Origin: an uncultured delta proteobacterium
Lineage (GTDB): Bacteria; Desulfobacterota; Desulfobaccia; Desulfobaccales; 0-14-0-80-60-11
Reading direction: 5' to 3'
Length of the DNA stretch: 64,000 nt
NCBI GenBank assembly: GCA_963812015.1
Contig: CAWETI010000002.1
Span: 1,440,001 to 1,504,000 of the forward strand
The notes below the pieces were generated by a model. The model did no database searches, was not told the origin of the DNA, and saw nothing but the letters and a program-made list of their open reading frames with translations. How positions within the stretch are numbered: the first letter of the stretch is position 1; every line of letters begins with the position of its first letter. Shown piece by piece: positions 9,871-17,779 of the stretch. The position numbers were made by a program, and so were the translations under genes.

Positions 9871-10464
9871 ATGGCTTCCACCCCCGTTTCCCAGGCCAAT
9901 CTCACCATACCCAACGTCATCACCCTGGTCCGTATTATCCTGACTCCCCTCTTCATCATTTTTTTGATCCAGGGATATTATCAAAAAGCGCTGGCAGTAT
10001 TTCTGCTGGCTGGATTGAGCGACCTGGCGGACGGTCTCATCGCCCGGGTCTGGCACCAGAAATCCCGCCTGGGGAGCTACCTCGATCCCCTGGCGGACAA
10101 AATCCTCATGGCCGCCAGTTTCGTCACCTTGAGCATTTACCGGGAGATCCCTTCCTGGCTGACGGTGGTGGTTCTCAGCCGGGATGTAGCCCTGGCCCTG
10201 GGGGTGGTGATCTTTCGCCTGGCGGATATCCCTCTGGTGGTCAGGCCCTCCCTGGCGGGCAAATGGACCACCACCTTCCAGGTGAGTACGGTGTTCCTGG
10301 TGCTGGTGGGCAAGCTCTGGCCCGTTCCGCCCCTGGTATTGGTGGCCTTTTTCTGGGTGACCGGTATCCTGACCACCGTCTCCGGGATAGGCTACCTCTA
10401 TGGCGGGATCAAGATGATGAACGCGTCCCAGGGAAATGGCTCCCGGGGGGACAGCCGTGGCTGA
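9871..10464 (+). CDS. CDP-alcohol phosphatidyltransferase (PgsA-like)
   Basis: IPNVITLVR, DLADGLIAR...GSYLDPLADK signature. Confidence 0.92.
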   Translation: MASTPVSQANLTIPNVITLVRIILTPLFIIFLIQGYYQKALAVFLLAGLSDLADGLIARVWHQKSRLGSYLDPLADKILMAASFVTLSIYREIPSWLTVVVLSRDVALALGVVIFRLADIPLVVRPSLAGKWTTTFQVSTVFLVLVGKLWPVPPLVLVAFFWVTGILTTVSGIGYLYGGIKMMNASQGNGSRGDSRG

Positions 10465-11011
10465 AATCATCGACCTGGAACGCTTCCGGTCGAAGATCGC
10501 CGCGGACCAGGGGTTCCGCTCCTGGCTGGCTCGCTTCCAGGAGCAATTCGGGCCCGACACCCGGCTGCAGGATCTGAGCCCGTCCACCCTCCTATACCTG
10601 GCCACTCCGGGGGAGGAGAACCTCTACGTCTTCTTCGACCTGGTAATGGGGGCCCAGGGACTGGGGGGATCGGTGCGCTTCCGCCTGGATGACCTGGATA
10701 ATGACGTCAAGATGAAGATTATGGACACCGCCTTTGCCTTGGTGGATCGGGTGCGGTTCGAAGTCATGCGCCGCCTGGGATGGGTGGCGGCGGAGCCGGA
10801 GGCGGATGCCCCCATTATCGAACTGGTGCGCCGGGCCTGGCGTCAAGGGGCCAAATTTGGCCAGGATTCCCCGGTCCTCGCCCCGGACTATCCGGATTAC
10901 CCGGCCTATGCCCGCCTCAACCCCATGGACCGGGTGGTCTTTCTGCGCCGGCTCATTCCCCGGGCAGTAGTCTCCTTCCGCGCCCTGGTGGAACCAGCTT
11001 CGCCGGAATAA
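10457..11011 (+). CDS. Hypothetical protein
   Basis: Probable GTG start overlapping the upstream gene end (MAEIIDLERFR...); host-like codon usage. Confidence 0.7.
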   Translation: MAEIIDLERFRSKIAADQGFRSWLARFQEQFGPDTRLQDLSPSTLLYLATPGEENLYVFFDLVMGAQGLGGSVRFRLDDLDNDVKMKIMDTAFALVDRVRFEVMRRLGWVAAEPEADAPIIELVRRAWRQGAKFGQDSPVLAPDYPDYPAYARLNPMDRVVFLRRLIPRAVVSFRALVEPASPE

Positions 11012-11098
11012 CCCCTTTTCTTCTCCTTGCCGTTCTCTGGCGTCTTCATCCCGGCAGTATTATTCCTCGGGTTCAACCATGCTTATAGAACCTGATTG

Positions 11099-11192
11099 AA
11101 ATCCCCCTAAATCCCCCTTTTGCAAAGGGGGACTTTCTCAGGAATCCGGCGCAGTTCCCTCCTTTGACAAAGGGGGGATAGGGGGGATTTTT
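11099..11192. repeat. REP-like palindromic element, copy 3
   Basis: AAATCCCCCTAAATCCCCCTTTTGCAAAGGGGGACTTT...CCTTTGACAAAGGGGGGATAGGGGGGATTTT, between convergent genes. Confidence 0.8.
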
Positions 11193-11303
11193 CTCTGAGG
11201 GGTCAGGTGAAAAAAGTCATCGGTTAATTGCCCAGATTAATATCTTTCGGGAGGCGGTGGAAGCAGCCTTATTGGCCCCTCCCCCAGATCCGGATGTGGC
11301 TCT

Positions 11304-11846
11304 TCACCACCAGAATTCGGGGTAGCGGCGCCGGGGGGCCAGGTTGTTGACCAGCAGGGCCACCACCAGCATGACCAGGGCGCCCGCGGCCACGGGCACC
11401 AGGGCGTAGAGATAGCCCAGGTTGGTCACCTTGGGGCCGCTGATCACCGCGATGAGGGCGGTGGCGCCGCCCGGAGGGTGGAGGGTCTTGGTGGCGTGCA
11501 TTACGGCGATGCTGGTGGCCACCGCCAGGGCCGCAGCCAACCAGAGATTGGGTTCAAGGAGCTTGAAGGCGGTCACCCCGATGAGGGCCGAAATGACGTG
11601 GCCGCCCAGGAGGTTGCGGGGTTGGGCCAGGGGGCTCTTGATGGCCCCGTAAATGAGCACCGCCGAGGCCCCGAACGAGCCGATGATCATGACCAGGTCG
11701 GTCTTATCCATGAAGCCGTAATTAATATAGGCCACCGCGGCGATCCCCAGGAAGCCCCCCAGCCACGACCAGAAAATTTCCGCCAGGCCGACCCCGGGGG
11801 GACTCTGGGTGGTGCCGGTCATCTTGCGGAAGTAAGCCCTGATCAT
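11304..11846 (-). CDS. HPP family membrane protein
   Basis: GSFGASAVL, SPLAQPRN..GGH, LHPPGGATAL. Confidence 0.93.
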   Translation of the reverse strand: MIRAYFRKMTGTTQSPPGVGLAEIFWSWLGGFLGIAAVAYINYGFMDKTDLVMIIGSFGASAVLIYGAIKSPLAQPRNLLGGHVISALIGVTAFKLLEPNLWLAAALAVATSIAVMHATKTLHPPGGATALIAVISGPKVTNLGYLYALVPVAAGALVMLVVALLVNNLAPRRRYPEFWW

Positions 11847-12454
11847 GACACTTTCCTCCCCATGGTGGCCTTAACGATGTCCCCCCGGGATACCAGGCCC
11901 AGGAGGCGGCCGGCCGGGTCGGTGACCGGAGCCCGGTTGATGCCCCGGTCGGTGAGCAGGGCGGCAATGGTCCGCACCGGGGTGTCCGGGGCCACGGTGA
12001 CGGCCGGGGAGGTCATGATGTCCGCGGCCAGGGAGCGCTTTATGGGCAGGGCCACGCAGCCTTTGGTTTTCAGGCAGCCCGCCACCAGGCTCATGAAGTT
12101 CTTGGGTTCTGTGACTCCCATGTGGGTCAGGAAATCTTTTTCCGAAATGACCCCCACCACCTTATGTTCGGCGTCCACCACGGGCAGTCCCGACACCCCC
12201 CGCCGGCCCATGGCGGCGGCCACTTCGGCCACCGGCGTGTCGGGATTGACCGCGACCACGTCGGTGGTCATGATCTCGGCGGCGGTGACCTCCCGGCTCA
12301 AGCGCTCCAAGGCGTGTTGAAAGGCCAGGCGGTAGAGCTCTTTAAAATCAGCCGGGGTGATATCCAAGTACCCCGGGATGGCGCGCATGGCCTCGTAGAT
12401 ATCTTCGTCTTTGAGCTCAATGCCAGCCGGGAAATCCTTCAAATTATCAGGCAT
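11843..12454 (-). CDS. CBS domain protein
   Basis: GYLDITPADF N-terminus plus two CBS repeats (IMTTDVVAV...LPVVD; IMTSPAVTV...PVTD); stop overlaps the HPP start (ATGA). Confidence 0.9.
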   Translation of the reverse strand: MPDNLKDFPAGIELKDEDIYEAMRAIPGYLDITPADFKELYRLAFQHALERLSREVTAAEIMTTDVVAVNPDTPVAEVAAAMGRRGVSGLPVVDAEHKVVGVISEKDFLTHMGVTEPKNFMSLVAGCLKTKGCVALPIKRSLAADIMTSPAVTVAPDTPVRTIAALLTDRGINRAPVTDPAGRLLGLVSRGDIVKATMGRKVS

Positions 12455-12629
12455 GGAATACCCCTTCCTGGCCACAGGCCGGAAAGCCTGTCACCAATTG
12501 TTGCGGGTCTATTGGGAAAAAATAACCATGATTCGCGATTGTTCCACCTTAATTTCCTGATACTATGGGGGGAAATTCAATGCCTCAAGAAAAAATTAAG
12601 CAAGTTATATTTCGGTTTAAGGGTTTTTT

Positions 12630-14420
12630 ATGGATGGGAAGATAACACGGCTGATCAAACGCCGCATCGCCCCGGACCGTTATGGCTGGTCCGGCCATTT
12701 CCGTTGGCCGCTCATGAGCATTGCGGTGGGCGTGGTCTCCGGCTTGGGGGCCATTCTCTTTGAAGTACTCTTGAAAAATGCACTCTACTATTTATTGCAT
12801 CTGCCCACCGGCTTCATAGAACCGGTAAAAGGGATGAATGCGGCAGCCGTGGCCGCCCTGGCCGGGACCCAATCCTGGCTGGTTCTTGTTATTCCCGCCC
12901 TGGGGGGGCTGATATCGGGGCTTCTGGTTTTTTTAATCGCCCCGGAAGCGGAAGGGCACGGGACCGATGCCATGATCGAAGCCTTTCACCGCCGAGGCGG
13001 CTATATTCGTAAACGGGTACCGCTGGTGAAGATTGTGGCTTCCGCTCTTACCATCGGCAGCGGCGGTTCCGCCGGCAAAGAAGGCCCCATCGCCCAGATC
13101 GGGGCGGGTTTTGGCTCTTTCTTTGCCACGATTTTAAAACTCAAACCCCGGGACCGGCGCATCCTGGTGCTGGCGGGTGCGGCCGGCGGCATCGGGGCCA
13201 TCTTCCATGCGCCCCTGGGGGCGGCGCTCTTCGCCCCGGAAGTACTCTACCGGGAAACGGAGTTTGAATCCGAGGCCATTTTACCCTGTATTGTCTCCTC
13301 CATCGTAGCTTCCTCCATCTTTGACCAGTATTTCGGGCGAACTGCCCTCTTTTTCCCGGGGCCGGTGGATTTCGCACCGGTGGAGCTTTTGCCCTACGCC
13401 ATCTTTGGGCTGGTATGCGCCCTGGTGGGCTACCTTTACGTGAAGCTGTTCTATGACGTGATCCGGGACCGGTTTTTTAGGCGAGTGCCGATTCCCATTT
13501 CTTTGAAACCCGCCTTGGGAGGACTGATGCTGGGCGTTATCGCCTTCTATTTGCCGCAGGTGATGGATGGCGGTTACGGCTGGGTGCAGACGGCCCTGGA
13601 GGGCAAGATCTTCTGGGGCACCATGTTGCTGCTGGCCCTGGCAAAAATTGTGGCCACGTCCTGCACTATCAGTTCCGGAGGGAGCGGCGGCGTCTTTGGC
13701 CCGTCGGTCTTCATGGGGGCCATGCTGGGTGGCGCCTTTGGCTTTCTGGGGCATCAACTGGCGCCGGGTTGGGTGATCCACCCCAACGCCTTTGTCCTGG
13801 TGGGCATCGGCGGCTTCTTCGCCGGGGTGGCCAAGGTGCCGGTGGCCTCCATCATTATGTCTTGCGAGATGTGCGCCAGCTATACCCTGCTGGTGCCCCT
13901 GATGTTAGTGTCCACCATCTCTTATCTGTTGTTGGGCAAGGTCAGCCTCTATGAAAAACAGGTGGTGGACCGGCTAGCCTCTCCGGCCCATATGACCGAG
14001 TTTGCCCGGGAGATATTGGAACAGATGCAGGTGGCCGAGGTGGTCAAACCTCGTAAGGTGACCACAATCCCCGAAAATATGCCCCTGGATCAGCTCATTC
14101 AGGTGGTCACCCACTCCAGTGAAACCTATTTCCCGGTAGTGGATCAAACCGGCCGGATGACCGGGATCTTCTCCATTAACGATATCCGGGAAGTGATGTT
14201 CGAGGCGAGTCTGGGCCATCTGGTGGTGGCTGAAGATGTGGCCACCCTCAACGTGGTGCGGGTCTTCGGAGACGATTCTTTGCAGGAAGCCCTGGATAAG
14301 ATGGTCCGGTTGAACGTCGATGAATTGCCGGTGGTGGAGGCAGAGGCCCCGGAAAAAATTGTCTCCATGATCTCCAAACGGGAGATCATCGGTTACTACC
14401 ATTCCCAGGGGAAGTCCTAA
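12630..14420 (+). CDS. ClC-family chloride channel/transporter with C-terminal CBS pair
   Basis: GHGTD, GGSAGKEGP (gating Glu), GGSGGVFGPS; C-terminal CBS repeats. Confidence 0.92.
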   Translation: MDGKITRLIKRRIAPDRYGWSGHFRWPLMSIAVGVVSGLGAILFEVLLKNALYYLLHLPTGFIEPVKGMNAAAVAALAGTQSWLVLVIPALGGLISGLLVFLIAPEAEGHGTDAMIEAFHRRGGYIRKRVPLVKIVASALTIGSGGSAGKEGPIAQIGAGFGSFFATILKLKPRDRRILVLAGAAGGIGAIFHAPLGAALFAPEVLYRETEFESEAILPCIVSSIVASSIFDQYFGRTALFFPGPVDFAPVELLPYAIFGLVCALVGYLYVKLFYDVIRDRFFRRVPIPISLKPALGGLMLGVIAFYLPQVMDGGYGWVQTALEGKIFWGTMLLLALAKIVATSCTISSGGSGGVFGPSVFMGAMLGGAFGFLGHQLAPGWVIHPNAFVLVGIGGFFAGVAKVPVASIIMSCEMCASYTLLVPLMLVSTISYLLLGKVSLYEKQVVDRLASPAHMTEFAREILEQMQVAEVVKPRKVTTIPENMPLDQLIQVVTHSSETYFPVVDQTGRMTGIFSINDIREVMFEASLGHLVVAEDVATLNVVRVFGDDSLQEALDKMVRLNVDELPVVEAEAPEKIVSMISKREIIGYYHSQGKS

Positions 14421-14450
14421 AGCAAAGCCGCGATCAAAGCGCAGAAGAAG

Positions 14451-14492
14451 AAATGGGGAAATGAGCCGCATCGGGCCATTTCCCCATTTTTT
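14451..14492. terminator. Probable bidirectional intrinsic terminator between the ClC gene and the iscS-like gene
   Basis: AAATGGGGAAATG ... CATTTCCCCATTT stem followed by a T-run; flanking genes converge. Confidence 0.7.
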
Positions 14493-15664
14493 TAGCCGGT
14501 GCGCTCCTTCTTGTAGAGGGGCGACATCTCCCGCAGGGTCTGGACGATGCCCGGCAACACCTTGATCACTTTGTCAATATCAGCCTCGGTATTATCCATG
14601 CCCAGGGTGAAGACCAGGGTGCCCTGAGCCAGGGCGTGGCCCAGGCCGGTGCCGATGAGCACGTGAGAGGCGCGCAGCGATCCGGAGGCGCAGGCGGACC
14701 GGGTGGCCACGATGATGCCTTCCTCGTCCAGCATGAGCACCAGGCTTTCGCCCTCGACATATTCCACCGAGACGGAGAGGAGATGCGGCAGGCATTGGGT
14801 GGGATTGCCGTTGATTCTGATTTCAGGGATGCGCTCGGCCAGCCCCTTGGTCAGGCGGTTCTGGAGGGCCTGGATGCGAGGCAGACGTTCGGGCATCTCC
14901 AGGCGGGCCCTCTCCGCGGCCACGCCCAGGCCCACGATGCCGATTAGGTTCTCCGTGCCGGCCCGGCGTTTGTTCTCCTGGAGGCCGCCGTCGATGAGGG
15001 GCCAGATGGGCGTGCCCTTGCGGACGTAGAGCGCCCCGACTCCTGGGGGGCCGTAGAACTGGTTGGCCGCCAGGCTCAACAGGTTTACCCCCAACTCCTG
15101 CACGTCCACGGGGATAATGCCGGTGGCGGCCACCGCGTCGGTATGCATCACCACCTTGTGCTTCTTGGCGATGGCGGCGATTTCGGCGATGGGTTCGATG
15201 GTGCCGATCTCATTGTTGGCCAGCATAATGCTGATGAGGATGGTTTCGGGCGTTATGGCCTTCTCCACCGCGGCCGGGTCCACCATGCCGTATTTATCCA
15301 CATCCAGGGAAGTGACCCGATAATCCAGGAGGCGGAGGGTCCGGAGAGAATTCAAGACCGACTTGTGCTCGATATTGGAGGTGATGATGTGGCGACCCTT
15401 CTCCCGGAGCCCGATGGCGATCCCCTTGATGGCATGGTTGACGGACTCGGTGCCGCCGGAGTTGAATACCACCTCTTTGGGGTCGGCGTTGATCAGGGCG
15501 GCCACCTGCTCCCTGGCCTGTTCCAGGGCCTGGCCGGCCGGCAGCCCTATCTGGTGTTCGCTGGAAGGGTTGCCGAAGACGGTATTAATATAATTGATCA
15601 TCGCCTCCTTCACCATGGGGTGAAGAGGCGTGGCAGCTAAATGGTCCAGATAGATTACACCCAT
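14492..15664 (-). CDS. iscS: IscS/NifS-family cysteine desulfurase homologue with degenerate PLP site
   Basis: FGNPSS, SGGTES.N, IEH, ANNEIG, RAGTEN and SACASG are present, but SxHK is replaced by AANQ, DAVQ by DAVA and LRFS by LVFT. Confidence 0.85.
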   Translation of the reverse strand: MGVIYLDHLAATPLHPMVKEAMINYINTVFGNPSSEHQIGLPAGQALEQAREQVAALINADPKEVVFNSGGTESVNHAIKGIAIGLREKGRHIITSNIEHKSVLNSLRTLRLLDYRVTSLDVDKYGMVDPAAVEKAITPETILISIMLANNEIGTIEPIAEIAAIAKKHKVVMHTDAVAATGIIPVDVQELGVNLLSLAANQFYGPPGVGALYVRKGTPIWPLIDGGLQENKRRAGTENLIGIVGLGVAAERARLEMPERLPRIQALQNRLTKGLAERIPEIRINGNPTQCLPHLLSVSVEYVEGESLVLMLDEEGIIVATRSACASGSLRASHVLIGTGLGHALAQGTLVFTLGMDNTEADIDKVIKVLPGIVQTLREMSPLYKKERTG

Positions 15665-15694
15665 GAGAATATCCTCATTTCCCGGCCTGGGACA

Positions 15695-16216
15695 TCAGTG
15701 GTCATGCTCATGGGGTATATCCTTCCCACAAAAAATGCACATAGGAGAATCTTCCTCCACCTGCTTCGAACAATAGGGACAGTAGCAGCCTTCGCGTTCA
15801 TGCTTGTGGTGGGGCTCCTTGTCCAGGTCGGTTTCAGGAACTTTCCCGGCTTTGCGGTCCAGGTAGTTCTTGATGGCCGAATGCAGGGCATCGGCTCCCA
15901 GGTTGGAACAGTGGAGCTTGTTGGGGGGCAGACCGCCCAAAGCCGCGGCCACGTCCGCATTGGTAATCTTCATGGCCTCCGGCAGGGTTTTGCCCCTAGC
16001 CATTTCGGTGATCATGCTGGAAACCGCGATGGCGGCGCCGCAGCCGAAGGTCTTGAACTTGACGTCGACGATGCGGTCATTCTCAACCTTGATGTACACA
16101 TTCATCATATCCCCGCACACGGGGTTGCCAACTTCGCCCACCCCATCGGCGTGGATAATTTCGCCCACATTGCGAGGATTCTTAAAGTGATCCAGTACTA
16201 TTGGGGAATATGCCAT
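15695..16216 (-). CDS. iscU: IscU/NifU-type Fe-S scaffold with C-terminal Cys/His-rich extension
   Basis: DHFKNPRNVG, GNPVCGD, FKTFGCGAAIA, LPPNKLHCS; tail CYCPYC...CIFC...HEHDH; GGGAG RBS before ATG 16216. Confidence 0.92.
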   Translation of the reverse strand: MAYSPIVLDHFKNPRNVGEIIHADGVGEVGNPVCGDMMNVYIKVENDRIVDVKFKTFGCGAAIAVSSMITEMARGKTLPEAMKITNADVAAALGGLPPNKLHCSNLGADALHSAIKNYLDRKAGKVPETDLDKEPHHKHEREGCYCPYCSKQVEEDSPMCIFCGKDIPHEHDH

Positions 16217-16482
16217 GTTCTTCTCCCATTCAGGTGAGTTCAACAAAATTTTTCTCGTATATTATAGTAAGATTTATCAGGTTGAGGGTCAAGTGGAACC
16301 GCTCCCGGCCCCGGGAATTCTTTGGATAAAGGCGCTTTTTCCTTCAGGGCGGCGCCTGAACTCAAAAGGTGAAAAAGGCGCGCAATTTTGCTGAATAACC
16401 GGGGCAATCCAGGTACAATCGTCATTAAAGAGGCGCCCGGCGCCCCTCTTGCATCCTCTCATCAACCTCACCGAGGCCTGCT

Positions 16483-16995
16483 ATGCTGATACCCTGCTCC
16501 CGGGCCCAGGCCATCTTTGCCGCCCAAGGCGTCAGGCTGGACCGCCACACCCCGGGCTTCATGGTCTGGGACGAACACGGCGGCACCTATGTCCTCCGGG
16601 TGGAGGAACTGGCGGCCACGGAAGTCGTCTCGGACGAATCGGCAACCGGCATCCTCTTGGAAATCCCTCTGTCTTCCCGGGAGACCCTGAGACGCGACCT
16701 GGAAGAGTTCGCCGCGCAGCAACAGCTCCCCCTGGCCCCGCCGTCGGGTCCGGAACTGGCGGAAGCGGTCATCCTGACTGCCTGCCATCTACCAGGGCAG
16801 AATCTGTTCATTTTTGCCGAAGAGCCGGAGGTGGTGGCAAGAAGACGCGGGGAAACCCTGGAAATCGCGGTATCCGGTACGTTTAAGGCCCGGCGAGTTC
16901 CCTGCCAGGCAACCGACCTGGTCATTCACCTCACCAAGGCCGCCATGGCCAGGTTAGTCGCCTTGGTCCTCAGCCTGGCCCGGGCCGGGGATTGA
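16483..16995 (+). CDS. Hypothetical protein
   Basis: 170-aa ORF with host-like codon usage, divergent from iscU; no motif recognised. Confidence 0.6.
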   Translation: MLIPCSRAQAIFAAQGVRLDRHTPGFMVWDEHGGTYVLRVEELAATEVVSDESATGILLEIPLSSRETLRRDLEEFAAQQQLPLAPPSGPELAEAVILTACHLPGQNLFIFAEEPEVVARRRGETLEIAVSGTFKARRVPCQATDLVIHLTKAAMARLVALVLSLARAGD

Positions 16996-17086
16996 GAAGC
17001 GGACCGGTGCGTCCGCCTTCACGCATACCCCCGGTGCGCCATGCATGGCGTCCGCCATGGCAGGCCCTGGCGAAATGAGAGGTTAT

Positions 17087-17770
17087 ATGATGCACATCTT
17101 GGGGAGTTTGATCATGGTAATGGGGATCATGCTGTTTTTTCCGTCCGGTGGCCAGGGAGCGGAGGCGATCAAACTGCCGCCGCCGGCCAAGCAGGGGGGC
17201 ATGGCGCTGGCGATGGCGCTGGAGGCCCGGCGCACGGTGCGCCGCTTTGCGTCCCGGCCCCTGGACCTGGCCCAGATTTCCCAACTCCTGTGGAGCGCCG
17301 ACGGCCTCAGCGACGCCCAGGGCCACAGGACGTCGCCCTCCGCCGGGGCCACCTACCCCCTGGACCTTTACCTAGTGGTGGGGGAGCGGGGGGTGCCGGA
17401 TCTTCCCACCGGGATTTACCATTATCTGGTGGCGGAACATGGGCTGAGGCTCCTGGCCCCGGGTGACAGCCACGCGGCCGTGGTCCGGGCCTGCCTGCAC
17501 CAGACCTGGATGGCCGAGGCCCCGGTGATGGTGGTGATCGCCGGGGAGTACCGCCGCTGCACCAATCGGTACGGGGAGCGGGGCCTCCGTTACACCCACA
17601 TGGAATCCGGGAACGTCAGCCAGAACCTGTTCCTGGCCGCCGAGGCCCTGGGTCTGGGGGCCGGGATCGTCGGGGCCTTCGAGGATAAGGCCCTGGCCCG
17701 GGTTTTGAACCTGCCTCCGGCCCATGAGCCCCTGTTGGTCATGCCGGTGGGGTATAAGCAGGAAGGGTAA
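17087..17770 (+). CDS. SagB/ThcOx-family (nitroreductase-fold) dehydrogenase, paralogue 1
   Basis: RRTVRRF, QISQLLWSA, RTSPSAGATYP, HMESGNVSQN..L.AEALGLG; hydrophobic N-terminus. Confidence 0.88.
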   Translation: MMHILGSLIMVMGIMLFFPSGGQGAEAIKLPPPAKQGGMALAMALEARRTVRRFASRPLDLAQISQLLWSADGLSDAQGHRTSPSAGATYPLDLYLVVGERGVPDLPTGIYHYLVAEHGLRLLAPGDSHAAVVRACLHQTWMAEAPVMVVIAGEYRRCTNRYGERGLRYTHMESGNVSQNLFLAAEALGLGAGIVGAFEDKALARVLNLPPAHEPLLVMPVGYKQEG

Positions 17771-17779
17771 TAACCAAAA

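Noticed and set aside
12630..14420. Fluoride-specific ClC (ClC-F)
   Set aside because: The motifs are GHGTD/GKEGP, not the ClC-F GNNLI/GREGT/GEVTP set, and I saw no fluoride riboswitch upstream.
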